Shown here: positions 37,155 through 50,565 of the stretch, one piece after another | Layout: each line of letters opens with the position of its first letter | How positions within the stretch are numbered: position 1 is the stretch's first letter | DNA from: Octopus vulgaris | Lineage: Eukaryota | Assembly (NCBI GenBank): GCA_951406725.2 | Contig: OX597831.1 | Location: 69,316,001 to 69,380,000, forward strand | Length of the DNA stretch: 64,000 bases | Reading direction: 5' to 3' | The notes under the pieces: model-generated | What the model saw: the letters and a program-made list of their open reading frames with translations, nothing else | Database searches by the model: none | Told to the model about the DNA's origin: nothing | Position numbers and translations under genes: made by a program

Positions 37155-37627
37155 AAATTAATGTGCAAGTGGCAGAGTACTCCACAGGCATGCATAGCAT
37201 TAACGTAGTTCTCAGGGAGATTCAATGACAGGTGACTTAGACTTTTGGTGATATGCTGTGCTTGAGAAGACCCGGCAAGCCAAGTCAGATTGTAGCTGTA
37301 GCCGAAGTCAGTGCTGTAAAACTGGCCGATGCTAGTGCCACCTGACTGGCTCCCATGCTGGTGGCACGTAAAAAGCACTATTCGAGTGTGGTTGGGACCA
37401 GTGCTGCCTGATTGGCTCCCATGCTGGTGGCACGTAAAAAAACACCCACTACATGCTTGGAGTGGTTGGTGTTAGGAAGGACATCCAGCTGTAGAAACCT
37501 TGCCAGATCAGACTGGAGCCTGGTGCAGCCTCCTGACTTGCCAGTCCTCAGTCAAATGGTGCAGCCCATGCCAGCATGGAAAGCAGATGTTAAACGACGA
37601 CAATGATGATAATGATGATGATGATGA
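37155..37627. mobile_element. Family B fragment (minus, 37155-37230) abutting a family C copy (plus, 37232-37627)
   Basis: AAATTAATGTGCAAGTGGCAGAGTACTCCACAG matches family B; the rest matches family C with its GAT tail. Confidence 0.7.
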
Positions 37628-38227
37628 CATACACATCATACACACACTCTCTCTCTCTCTCTCCCTCTCTCTCTCACACACACACACATAACACACACAG
37701 TCCTTTTCCCTTGGAAACACTGGGTGCCACTGTTAGTATCTATATCTAAATGTATGCAGAATGTATAAAGGGTATTATTATATGAATACAATTAAATATG
37801 TCATATGAATGAAATAATAAGGCTAGACAGTAGTCTCCTTTTTCATATAACTTCTCAATTGATGAGACATCACATGTCCAGATATGTTTATTAACATATG
37901 TCTGCTAAAAACAAAATCAGTGTTTGGAGATGATGAGCGTAGATATAATATCATTATGCATTTATTCCAGTAACTAGCTTGATTCTATTTTCTTGTATCT
38001 GCTAATTTTACCTATACTATATATATATATCATTGCACTAGACCTTTATTTATGTTTTCTCTGTTGCTTTCTTTGTACAAGTTATTATGTTTTTTATTAT
38101 AAAACTGAGGCTTTTATTCCTATAGTTAATATACATATGTATAAGCACGTCATTTTATGAATATTTATTGAGCACTTTTCATGACAAATGCTTTGCTGAG
38201 GCTAGTTATTGTAATATACCATGGAGA

Positions 38228-38748
38228 ATACATACATACACACATGCATACATACATACATACATACATACATACATACAAACATACAAACATACATACA
38301 TACAAACATACATACATACATATATACATGCATGCATGCATATATACATACACACATACATACATACATACATGCATACACACATACATGCATACATGCA
38401 TACATACATACATACATACATGCATACATACATATTACATACATACATACATACATACATAATGCATACATACATACATACATGCATACATGCATACATG
38501 CATACATACATACATAATACATACATACATACATACATACATACATACATACATACATACATACATACATACATACATACATACATACATACATACATAC
38601 ATACATACATACATACATACATACATACATACATACATACATACATACATACATACATACATACATACATACAGGCAAACAGACACATAGATAAATAGGT
38701 AGTTAGATAGACAGATAGCTAGCTAGCTAGACAGACAGACAGACAGAC

Positions 38749-38803
<55 letters not shown>

Positions 38804-38815
38804 AAGACAGATAGA
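38228..38815. repeat. Long (TACA)n then (CAGA)n/(TAGA)n microsatellite
   Basis: Seen directly. Confidence 0.95.
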
Positions 38816-39394
38816 TACCCACATGTAACTGTAGTTACCCACATGTATCTATAAGACTTTTCACACACCCTACCCCAGCAAACCAAATTACATCTCTTCT
38901 CTTCTTCACATTTCCCCATTTTTATGCACCATGCTTATGCTTATCTCTCACTCCCCAGTCTTGTCCTTCCCGCCCTCTCTATGTACCCAGGTTTCACCAG
39001 TCACTGCATTTCCCACGCCCACACTCTTTGCATTCATGTTAGATCTCGATTCCCTACACATGCACCTTTGGCAATACCTTACCATTTATATTCCGATCAC
39101 TGTTCCTTGTGAGTATGCCCTGGTACTTTGCCATCATCTTTCCTGCTCTCTCTTGCGCTCTTGCTCTCTTCCACTCTCTCTCTCTCTCTCTCTCACTTTC
39201 TCTTGTTTTCTCCCTCTCTTTCTCGTGCTCTCTCTTTCTGACTGGCTAACAATGTATCTCTTGTACAGCAGCACACCTGTTTCTGTCTTTCTGTCAAACT
39301 CTATCCTTTCATCATCAGGTACAAAACCACCTCCTCCAATGTCCCCTTCCCTCTCCAAAGGATCTTTGTTTTATAAGTTACTTGGTAACCCTGC

Positions 39395-39654
39395 CAGTGT
39401 TAGTACCACATAAAAAGCATTCAGTACACACTGTAAAGTGGTTGGCATTTGGAAGGGCATCCAGCTGTAAAAACCATACCAAAACTGACCTCACCTGTGC
39501 TGATGCCATGTAAAATGCATTAAATTCACTCTGTAAAATGGTTGGTGTTAAGAAGGGCATCCAGCCATAAAAACCACACCAAAACAAACAATGAAGCCGT
39601 CCAACCTATACCAGCATGGAAAGCAGACGTTAAATGATGATGATGATGATGATG

Positions 39655-39655
<1 letters not shown>
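39395..39655 (+). mobile_element. SINE-like family C variant with duplicated internal module
   Basis: CACTCTGTAAA..GGTTGG...GAAGGGCATCCAGC..TAAAAACCA.ACCAAAAC twice, then GACGTTAAATGATGATG. Confidence 0.7.
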
Positions 39656-39714
<59 letters not shown>

Positions 39715-39804
39715 AGAGTTTACAAAAAAGACAACAAAAGACGAAGACAAGTGGTGTACAAAACAAACAGATGTATTGGTATAATGCTCAGGAATAGAAA
39801 AAGT

Positions 39805-39840
39805 CTTTTACGTTTCAAGCCTACGCTCTTCTATAGAAAG
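39805..39840 (-). ncRNA. Minimal hammerhead-like motif (palindromic ACGT replaces stem III) in a 185-bp TA-flanked element (39711-39894)
   Basis: CTTT-CTATAGA-A-GAGC-GTAG-GCTT-GAAA-CG-TA-AAAG; core deviates from CUGAUGA. Confidence 0.45.
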
Positions 39841-39890
39841 GGACACAGAAAACAAGGAGAGAAAAAAATGTGTGTAGTGGCTAACGATCT

Positions 39891-39925
<35 letters not shown>

Positions 39926-39927
<2 letters not shown>

Positions 39928-40473
39928 CATAAAATTTATGGTAAAAATAGATATTTATCAATTAGAACCAGTGGTCTAGCATATTAAAGAAAGAATCCGA
40001 AGATTAAAATATTTATACATACCAATTAAGGACTGAACACGAAAAAGTGGACAGTCAACATGCTAGATATAGACGTCAAATCGCCATTCTCCACAAAAAG
40101 TCTATGTTCTCAGATCAAACTCAACACAAAACCAAAACAATAAACAAGTGAAAAATATACGAAATAAATATTTACCCATGTACTAAATTCAGTTTCGGCT
40201 GTTATTTTCCGCAAGGAAAAGTGCAGCCATCATCAGCATGGTCCGATATAAAATGTAATTTGCTGTACTAAATGCCAACACGATACCGAAATATCGCGTG
40301 CATGGAGTACGGCCTATTACATTTGAAATATATATTTCAAATGTCTCTAATTTTGGCGCGATGAGACCCGAGAAAACCAGCCTGCAGCTAATAGTTAGCA
40401 GCAGTTAATTTATCGGTTAGAGAACAAATATTTATATTACGTTAAATTTAGGGTAAAAATTGATATTTATCAA
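39926..40473 (-). mobile_element. Retrozyme/PLTR-like unit of about 510 bp with terminal direct repeat, in (TA)n
   Basis: AAATTTA(T/G)GGTAAAAAT(A/T)GATATTTATCAAT at both ends; intact hammerhead inside; no ORF. Confidence 0.7.
40176..40241 (-). ncRNA. Type I hammerhead ribozyme, intact core
   Basis: CCATG-CTGATGA-T-GGCTG...CAGCC-GAAA-CTGAATTTAG-TA-CATGG; inner stem II TTTTCC/GGAAAA; cleavage triplet GUA. Confidence 0.8.
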
Positions 40474-40478
40474 TATAT

Positions 40479-40514
<36 letters not shown>

Positions 40515-40934
40515 TCACGTGCGTGTCTGTGTTTGTGTGTATTGGATCTTCAACAGATTTTTAAGTGACACAATTTAGCTCATATCACTTCACTTTCTGA
40601 TATTATGTACAAAATGTCCATTTCATGAGCAAATTATTACCCCTACCACATTTCCTTTAATAACACTTGTCCATGTATTGAGAGTTGAAGACCAACATGG
40701 TCACATCCCATGCAGTCTATTCAGCAGAAAATCTCTTGCAACATTATGCACAAATAAGGCTCTTCTTCTTGTTAAGCAATATGATGCAATTGCATTCTAC
40801 CAATATCAATTTTTTCCTATTGTTCTATTTGCTCCAGCAATCTTAACTAACTACACACCTGTATTTTGAACGGACATCCTCATCTTACCTTTCACTTATT
40901 CTCTTTATCTATTTACCTATATTGACTTGGTATA

Positions 40935-41165
40935 TATTTCTTTACTACCTACAAGGGGCTAAACACAGGGGGGACAAACAAGGACAGACAAAGGGATAAA
41001 GTCGATTACATCGACCCCAGTGTGTAACTGGTACTTAATTTATCGACCCCGAAAGGATTAAAGGCAAAGTCGACCTTGGCGGAATTTGAACTCGGAACGT
41101 AACAGCAGACGAAATAGCGCTAAGTATTTCGCCCGGCGTGCCAACGTTTCTGCCAGCTCTCCGCC
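40935..41165 (-). mobile_element. tRNA-related SINE family D
   Basis: Head GGCGGAGAGCTGGCAGAAACGTTGG, B-box-like GAGTTCAAATTC; 13-bp TSD TTGACTTGGTATA. Confidence 0.9.
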
Positions 41166-42154
41166 TTGACTTGGTATAGTTAGGATGATGACATACCTTT
41201 TTATTATGGCACCATTATATCTTTGGTATTCTGTTTGTAGGTATGTAATGATATATTTTATTACTCCTCATATATTGATGACATTACCTTTTATTCACCG
41301 TTATTTTATCATTTCATTCTTTTATCTTCAGGTTCCTCATTGTTTCTAATTCTTTTCATTTTCTTTTGGCTTCTACATTTTTGGAAGCTTATACTGCATT
41401 AATATGGTTAAGAGGTCATTTTGGTACTTGCACTGCAGAGCATGCCTGGTTTGCTTACCATTTTCTTTCTTTCATTCTTTTAAAGAATTCTCTTTGACTT
41501 TCCTTCTTTATTCTATTTTCCTCAAACTTTGGTTTGTGATATGTCTCAACTAGTCCGTTTATAACCTAGTAAATGGCCTTTCCATCTATTCCCTACTTTT
41601 TATTTCTCTTTCTTTCATTTCTCTATACTCTCTCTCTCTATCCCATTCCTTTTACTAACCTGTCTTTGTTTCTGATTTTATAGCCTTTTTTATTCTATCT
41701 AACTCAACATTACTAACCCACCTCTTCCTCTGTCTTTTTATTGGTAATTGTATCTTCTTTAATATACGGTATACTACTATAGATTTTGTATTTTGTCTCT
41801 CCTCTTTCTGATGAGAAAAGTCAGCTATGTGATGTTTCCCACTTGAAAATATTAATGCATTGTATTTATGTGTTCATGTTTATGTGTTATGTGTTCATGA
41901 CAATTTTTATTGTTTTTGATGTTTATTATTTCTGATGTTCCTGAATTTGAACAATGCATATTATATCAATCAGCTGCTGTAGCAGATTAAAGAATAATCA
42001 AGGAATATATGTTTCTTTGCCAAATATATATTTAAAAAATTTTTATCTAGTTCCAGCTCACGAGCTGTGGCCATGCTGGGGCACCGCCATATGTTTCATA
42101 TTTTATAAATTAGTCAACGCCATATATATTTGCTTGTCAACCTTTTGTCTGAGT

Positions 42155-42161
42155 CTGTGTG

Positions 42162-42227
<66 letters not shown>
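42155..42227. repeat. (GT)n(AG)n microsatellite
   Basis: Seen directly. Confidence 0.95.
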
Positions 42228-42230
<3 letters not shown>

Positions 42231-42544
42231 TTTCACACACATATACCTGCGTTTTCTAAAAAAATCACTCTTACTGGATTAGATCCATTCTTTCATTAAG
42301 TGAATTTGTCAAAAAAGTAATGAACAAAAGAATCATATATTTGACTGGCTAATATTCAATAGAAGAGAAATTAAGAAATTAAAAACCATCCTATCCTTAT
42401 CATAGTGATATCACACTGCTTGGAACAGAGAATATTTTAAGGCAGATAGATAGCAAATAACAATACTCGACCATATAAGGGATGGGGGGGTATCTCAGCA
42501 GACCAGCTTAGGAATTGTATGTATTGGATCATGCTAGAATTGTA

Positions 42545-42770
42545 ATCATCATCATCATCATCGTTTAACGTCTGCTTTCCATGCTGGCATGGGTTGGACG
42601 GTTCAACTGGGGATATGGGCAGCCACAAGGCTGCACCAGGCTCCAGTCTGATCTGGCAGTGTTTCTACGGCTGGATGCCCTTCCTAACTCCGTGAGTGTA
42701 GTGGGTGCTTTTTACGTGCCACCTGCACAGGTGCCAGGCGAGGCTGGCAAACGGCCACGGACAGATGTGG
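42545..42770 (-). mobile_element. SINE-like family C
   Basis: Match to 18-326. Confidence 0.8.
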
Positions 42771-42784
42771 TTCTAAAATGTAAG

Positions 42785-43430
42785 TACAGGAGGTGGTCAA
42801 ACTCTGCATAAGGAGGAGACAACAATCATATATATATGTTCCTATCATGATCAGAGCAATTGGGACCATCTCAAAAAAGTTGTACTCTGGCATCAAAAGC
42901 TGCAAATAAACTTCTTAGGATGTATTCAGATGGCAACAATACTTGGAACAACACATGTGTTATGGTAAATGTTGCAACAATCGACATTTTGAAATGTTTG
43001 AGGGAGCACATTCAGTGAAAGTGACCAGATTTCTGTGGCATGAAGAATTATATTCTTCACAATAGCAATGCCTTCTATCACCTAGCTGTCCACACTTATC
43101 TCACTAAAAGCAACATGGTATCACTTCTGTCCCTGCCCTATTCGCCAGATTTAGCACCTGCAGACTTCCATCTCTTCTTCGAGATGAAAATGCAGCTCAA
43201 AGGCCACAGTTTTAACACCATTGTCAAGAACCAGAGTAAATTGCAGAAGGTCCTTGACTTGCTTACAGAAAATGACTTCCAGGCCAGATTCCAAAAATAG
43301 CAAGAACGCTGGGACAAGTGTATTGCTGTGCAAGGTAACTCTTTTGAAGGAGATGAGGTTAAAGTTTAGGTAAATAAGTTATTTTTTATTAAACCTAACT
43401 AATCCAGGGACTCTTTGATACCACCTTGTA
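42785..43430 (+). mobile_element. Mariner transposon remnant
   Basis: LH.SNA..H...LPYSPDLAPADFHLFFEMK.QLKG..F...FQK*QERWDKCIAVQG..FEG: YSPDLAPxD mariner motif; degenerate TIRs with TA ends. Confidence 0.85.
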
Positions 43431-44070
43431 CATATACAGACAAATGCACACACACAGATACATAAATACACACATATACATACATTTAGAATAATTAATT
43501 TTGACTGGAGATTTTACTTCTAGCACTTCCTCAGGAAACAACTGCAGTGAACAGTGGGTCTCTGAGACAACTGGAGTACACTAAAGATACTCAGGTACCA
43601 ATTAGTCATGTTAACCTTGGTGACAAATTCAGTCTACCACTCCTATACCACCCTCAGCTGTTATTTTATCAACTCTGAAAGAATGAAAGGCAAAGTTGAC
43701 CTTGGTAAGGTTTGAACTCAGAATGCTGAATAAATACTTTTAAACATTGGGCATCTTTTAAACAAAACAAATGTATCATTGGACACACTTTTGAATCAGA
43801 AACCCCTTTTCTGATAAAGGAGTTTTGAAGAAAACACATTTCACAAGCTACTGAAGGCTGAATCATAAGTTGCAATATCAAATGTAATGAAACTCCTGAG
43901 ATATGGATAAGAACCAATGTTGAAAGTGCTGGCTATTGTTGAGTACACACATCACTTACATTGTAGACTGCTCCTACCAGAATCAGAAGAGGATGTTGAA
44001 GTGAGATTATGAGATGATGATATATATGAGAACATACTTGTTGTTATAATATCTATTGGATCACTCGCTA

Positions 44071-44455
44071 TGGAAGCACTCCGTCGGTTACGACGACGAG
44101 GGTTCCGGTTGATCCGAATCAACGGAACAGCCTGCTCGTGAAATTAACATGTAAGTGGCCGAGCACTCCACAGACACGTGTACCCTTAACGTAGTTCTCG
44201 GGAATATTCAGCGTGACACAGAGAGTGACAAGGCCGGCCCTTTGAAATACAGGTACAACAGAAGCAGGAAGTAAGAGTGAGAGAAAGTTGTGGTGAAAGA
44301 GTACAGCAGGGATCACCACCATCCCCTGCCGGAGCCTCGTGGAGCTTTAGGTGTTTTTGCTCAATAAACACTCACAACGCCTGGTCTGGGAATCGAAACC
44401 GCAATCCTATGACCGTGAGTCCGCTGCCCTAACCACTGGGCCATTGCGCCTCCAC
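44071..44455 (-). mobile_element. tRNA-derived SINE family B, full length
   Basis: Reverse complement of 10913-11300; TSD AT(C/G)ACTCGCTAT. Confidence 0.9.
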
Positions 44456-45475
44456 ATGACTCGCTATATGAAGAGGAAGATTGCTAGCTACGTTGTGTTT
44501 CGGTGACTACTTCACATTTTCTTATTCAGTGTATGACATAACTATATAAGAACATACACTATGTTATCATTATGAAAGTACCTAAATTAATTTATACGAC
44601 CATCAACATTAATGTTTGATGCTATAAATTTCAGATTACCAAATTTGGAAATTCTATTAAGAACAAGTTTATTACAAATTCATTGTGAATTAATGCAGCT
44701 AAAATGTGGAATCAATGACCATAAACATTTTGAAATACCTCTTATAAATCATTTATTGCAAACAGTTATTCTGATATTTGAAAATATTTTGAACAAGTAA
44801 AGAAAGTTTGTTGAAGCAGATAACCAGAATTGGCATACTTTTGAAATTCCTAAAGAAATAAAAATGTTATATTTTCCAAAACTTTGATAAAAGTTGTTGA
44901 AGAGATTAAACAATTTATAAAGGGTGAAATGTTTTCTTCTCATAAAATATGCTAAATACTGTTGTTGATAAATACCACATTTGATTTCTTTAAACATGAT
45001 TACATAGTTGCTTAATTTTTACTAAATTAAAACATAGTTGTTGATCATTAACAAGCTAAAATGAATAAAGTAAATTTAATAAAAAATAATTGAGCACTGC
45101 AGCCATTTCCAGAGGTAATTAAAGAGTTTTCTGTTTAGAAAATAACCTATTGATTAGTTCTTTGCTTTCCTAGTTACTAATTGTAGGGTGGTAAGAAACT
45201 TTCCCAAGAGTTTCTTACCAATTTACAAACGATCAATATTTCTCATAATTTTTTCTAACTCCCCTAAAGGTGATAATATTAGTTTTTATACCATAAATTC
45301 TTCTTGATTAAAAAAAGATTAAGATTAACCTTCAATATTAATTGCTGGTCAAAGAAAGGGAGATTTGAAAATAAACTGTTTACTTATACTATATTTAGAT
45401 ATATTTCAGCAACATTTGGTTGTGAACTGGTGATTACAGCTAGACATCTATTGATCTAAAGATCGTTTAGAAAAG

Positions 45476-45875
45476 ATACGCAGGAGTGGCTGTGTAGTAA
45501 GTAGCTTGTTTACCAACCACATGGTTCCAGGTTCAGTCCCACTGCGTGGCACCTTGGGCAAGTGTCTTCTACTATAGCCTCGGGCCAAACAAAGTCTTGT
45601 GAGTGGATTTGGTAGACAGAAACTGAAAGAAGCCCGTCGTATATATGTATATATATATATGCGTGTGTGTGTTTGTGTGTCTGTGTTTGTCCCCCTAGCA
45701 TTGCTTGACAACCGATGCTGGTGTGTTTATGTCCCTGTTACTTAGCAGTTCGGCAAAAGAGACCAATAGAATAAGTACTGGGCTTACAAAAGAATAAGTC
45801 CTGGGGTCGAGTTGCTCGATTAAAAGCGGTGCTCCAGCATGGCCACAGTCGAATGACTGAAACAAGTAAAAGAGT
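45476..45875 (+). mobile_element. tRNA-derived SINE family A
   Basis: Family A head to tail. Confidence 0.9.
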
Positions 45876-45957
45876 AGTGTTAAACTGAATAGTATTAAAA
45901 TAATTTTCACCTTTTTTATTGTTGAATTCTATGAAAATTGAATATTGGTTCCATACA

Positions 45958-46261
45958 TGGAAGCATTCCGTCGGTTACAACGACGAGGGTTCCGGTTGAT
46001 CCGATCAACGGAATAGTCTGCTCGTGAAATTAACGTGTAAGTGGCTGAGCACTCCACAGACACGTGTACCCTTAACACAGTTCTCGGGGATATTCAGCGT
46101 GACACAGAGAGTGACAAAGCCGGCCCTTTGAAATACAGGTACAACAGAAACAGGAAGTAAGAGTGAGAGAAAGTTGTGGTGAAAGAGTACAGCAGGGATC
46201 ACCACCACGATCCTACGACTGCGAGTCCGCTGCCCTAACCACTGGGCCATTGTGCCTCCAC
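45958..46261 (-). mobile_element. SINE family B with about 80-bp internal deletion
   Basis: ACCACCA joined to CGATCCTACGAC; TSD GTTC(C/G)ATACAT. Confidence 0.88.
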
Positions 46262-46571
46262 AGTTCGATACATAGACAGAAGGTTTCACATTTCGGGGAA
46301 GAGAACTGACAAATATATCAATCGTTGTACTTGATTAGCATTTCAGTTCATTGACCATGAAAGTGGGGAAAAGCAAATTTAATCCTATAAAATTTTGAAC
46401 TCAGGACATAAAGAACCAGAACATATATCATAAAGTAGTTTGTCTGATGCACTAAAAGTTCTACCAATCCATTTCTGTTATGAAAATTAACTATAGAAAA
46501 TTATACTGCAACATGCTGATCTTTTTGTACTAATATACCAAAAAGGAAGTTGGACAAGAATAAAATGTTTT

Positions 46572-46768
46572 TTGGCATGTAAAAAGCACCCACTACACTC
46601 TCGGAGTGGTTGGCGTTAGGAAGGGCATCCAGCTGTAGAAACTCTGCCAAATCAAGACTGGAGCCTGGAGCAGCCATCTGGTTCACCAGCCCTTAGTCAA
46701 AATCGTCCAACCCATGCTAGCATGGAAAGCGAACATTAAACGATAATGATGATGATGATGATGATGAT
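46572..46768 (+). mobile_element. SINE-like family C, 3' part
   Basis: TAAAAAGCACCCACTACACTCTCGGAGTGG...GAT tail. Confidence 0.8.
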
Positions 46769-47143
46769 TATTATTACACTTAAATAAGATAAGAAAATGG
46801 ATTATGACATTGTTATTCTAAAGCTTTAGAGAAATATTTATTTTAGTGCTTGAATCTGCCTATCGTTCTATGCAATGTTGATGGCATATACGTGTATTGC
46901 ATTTCATTCAAATGGATATTGCCTCATGGATTGAAAATCTGGGTTAAAACTTCATAAATATTCTTGAGCCATTTTAAATGAAATTGTTAATTTTCGACTT
47001 TGACATCAAATTATGATTTTGAAAGGAAATGATATCATCAATAAAACTATCTCCCCTAAATTACTGCAATGTGGGAGGCCAGCTGAGAAGGAAACCTCCA
47101 CTTTGTTGCTCAACAATGCTTCACTTTTCTCATAACAAAAGTC

Positions 47144-47557
47144 GGATCTTTTCGGTTTGAACGGCAGTTTTTTCTAGCGGTATCATATAAAATTGTCACC
47201 CATAATTATGACCCTAGTATCGATCTATTGCATTTCAATCTGTTTTAGGGTTAGGGTTAGGGGTGGGGGGAAGGGTATCTTTTTTTTCTTCACAAATGTA
47301 AATAAACCCAATCTTTCTTAAACGAGGGACATATTCATATGGCACAGAATGTTTTCACCTCAATAGACGTCATTGATTGGCTGAAATTGCAGAAATTGAA
47401 GCAAAAAACAACAAATGTCTTACAAACTATAGAATTTTCTCAATAAAGCCAAGAGAAAAAGATGTTTTATAAACACATTCTACCAGTATACGAAGTTAAA
47501 AATTTTTTAGTTACCAAGAAATTATGTTAAAAACTGCCGTTCAAACCGAAAAGATCC
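47144..47557. mobile_element. MITE (second copy), perfect TIRs, 8-bp TSD
   Basis: GGATCTTTTCGGTTTGAACGGCAGTTTT...AAAACTGCCGTTCAAACCGAAAAGATCC; TSD CAAAAGTC. Confidence 0.92.
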
Positions 47558-50002
47558 CAAAAGTCTATATGGTCATGGCTTGAATGTCATTGGTCTTAGA
47601 TTTACTCATTCAGGGTTGACTTGAAGAAATAAAAGGCACAGTCAACACCAAAAGCACTTGCATTCAATTTAGTCTCAATATGAAGATGAGATCGTCCCAA
47701 CTGCAATGCTTTGATGATAGATCTGCTCTGTCACTTCTGGAACTTTTGCAGCAAATTCTTCATAAAACCGAAGAGGGAATAGTTAATATATTTAGCAAAT
47801 TTTGTGGCTTCTGTCAAAATATTACTTTCTTCTTTATAATTTCCAATTAGTACAATTTCTGTATAATCACAAAGAAACTAATTACAGTCAATATTTGCCA
47901 ATAAATAAATATAATAAAAAAGCGAAATGTGAAACTTTTTTCTCTTCAAGTTAAAGTTTTCTGCAACTTGTAAGCCAAAACATTTTAAAATTTTGTTTTT
48001 TACTGAAGGGAAATTTGTATTTTTAATTTTTTGTCTGTGAGAACTATTGTGTTGTTGATTCTGCTTCTTTTCATAACTTAAAAATATTTTCTCTTTTCTT
48101 TCATATTTTGTTGATCAATGAATAGGTAAGTTCCTTAACTTTCTTCAATGTATATTTATTTGCTTGTCCATTCATATATTATCTTTATCATCCTATGTAT
48201 CTACACACCCACACTCACACACATGTGTGCGCACACACACACATAAGCCCTCAAAATTTGGTAAGATCAACGTGGTTCGATGTTTGCCTCGAAGAGCTTG
48301 AAACAGGATGTGTAATGTGCATACATGGTCTACATTGCAGGAACCTATCCTGAATAGATGCAGTATTAATTACATGCAAATATCCTGTTAATAATGAGTG
48401 AAACATGCATGGAAGAACAAAAATAAAATAAACAAAATCAATTTTTTTTAATGTTTTTTTCAAATGGTAAGCAGCATCAAAAAATACATCTGTGCTTCTT
48501 TGAAAAAAAAATTTAAAAAATAAAATACCACTCAAAACTATTTACTAAAAGACAGTTTTTTATGCATTTGATATATGTCTGCTTATATTTTTTCTTGTGA
48601 TATGTATTTCAGATATTCTACTATACTAGCAGAATCAATGAATCAAAATGACTTAAGGATAAACATGTTTCAAATCTACATTTAAACCACGTTTTCAGAT
48701 AAATGTAAAAACAAAATAGCTCTGTTTTCCAAAGAAGAATTAGCTGTAATCTTTGCTTAAAAAGAAACTTTAAGAAAAAATTAACTTAAAAAAAAAAAAA
48801 TCATTTAAAAACAAGACTTGTTTTATTTGTATTTTGTCCCTAGATACTGCTGTCACAAAAATAAGTAATCCCTTCACTACACAATTGATGTCTGTTTGCA
48901 TTGATTTGTTTCATGTAAGAAAACTAACTTTAGATAAAAAAAGAAATTAAATTAAAAAAGTGATATGAAATATAAATGTTTTTCTTATATTGAAAACATA
49001 ACAGTAATAAATAGAAAATAAATGATTCTAAAATAACTTATCGAGTGCAATGTAAATTTTCAGGAAGCATGAATGATTGTTGAAAGCAAAAGGTTGACAT
49101 TCTTCAATGCCAACAATTAAGTTGTTTTATAGGCACATGACTTTTGATTCATATAGTTCAGCAATTCTCAACCTTTTACCATCATGACCCATTTTGGCAA
49201 ATCAATAATTCTCCGTCACTCTTATCTTAATACCTAAATAAAATCAGTTCTCCAAAAATATATATTTCAATGGTGTGTACATAATATTTAGTGTTCCTCT
49301 TGGGGAAAATATTCCTCAGATTTTGTATGCAGTAAATGTTGTGTTGAAGTTCTTCTGTACATTTATGGATAAAGGCTACATGTTACATGTTACATGTCAC
49401 ATATCTGTCTTTGTTAATAATACCTTTCAGAATTACCCAATATTAGAGCTGCTAAAATAGGATTAAGCGATAAGACAAGAGAAGAATCATGACTGGAAAT
49501 CTATAATCTCAATACTGGTAACCGAGTAGACTCTGCTAACGGCTTTCAAGAGGCTCACAGAGGTGTTAAACTGAGCAATGAATCTATTAATAAGGATATC
49601 TGAATGCTGGTAACTCAGTAGATTAAGCTAAAAGTGTGGAAAAACTCACAGTGGAGTTAAATTGAGTAATTAAACTCAATTAACAATATTTCAAGTTGGC
49701 TAAGTAGAGTCTTCTGAAAGTTCTCAATGGTTACATGGTGGTGTTTATTTGATGACCAGCTTTATCTTCCAGGAAAAAAAAAAGCACAGTCAGTCTAATG
49801 AAATTTTACACATTTCCTGTCTCACTAGTTTTGTTCACAAGGCTTAGGTGACCTGAATCCATAATAGAGGACACTTCTCCAATGTGCAGCACAGTGGGAT
49901 CAAAAACAGTACATGTGATTGCCAAATCTGCATCTATAAATCTAGGGACATATTATTGGGAATACATAATCATAAATGTTGTGATACCAGTGCTGAACCA
50001 TC

Positions 50003-50272
50003 CAAACGTGGCCGTTGCCAGCCTCGTCTGGCCCCCGTGCCGGTGTCATGTCAAATGCACCATCCGATCGTGGCCGTTTGCCAGCCTCATCTGTCACCTG
50101 TGCAGGTGGCACGTAAAAAGCACCCACTACACTTACGGAGTGGTTGGCATTAGGAAGGGCATCCAGCTGTAGAAACACTGCCAGATCAGACTGGGCCTGG
50201 CGCAGCCTTCTGGCTTCCCAGTCCTCAGTCAAACCGTCCAACCCATGCTAGCATGGAAAACGGACGTTAAAC

Positions 50273-50302
<30 letters not shown>
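50003..50302 (+). mobile_element. SINE-like family C
   Basis: Reverse complement of 18-326 with GAT tail. Confidence 0.82.
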
Positions 50303-50303
<1 letters not shown>

Positions 50304-50565
50304 TTGCTTGACATTTCTATTTAACCCATTTAAACAGAAGTAGTTTTCCTCATCAATGTCTTATTGTTATGTTTATGTGGTTGCTCAACCTGTTAAAGAT
50401 AGCAGCAAAATCTTACTCAATTTACTTCCTCCCCAACCATCCTAAAAAGGAAGTATACAGAGAATTTTGTAGTCATGTATATACTATGCCTGACCAATGA
50501 ACACATGATGATCATGGCCTTAATCCTTGGTCTGATTGATTAGGGTCAACTGAGAGCTAAAGAAC

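Noticed and set aside
41800-41860. CTGATGA...GAAA motif
   Set aside because: No stem I or stem III pairing
48251-48400. Exon-like segment IGSCNVDHVCTLHILFQ
   Set aside because: No donor site; more like a decayed LINE RT motif and too short to call
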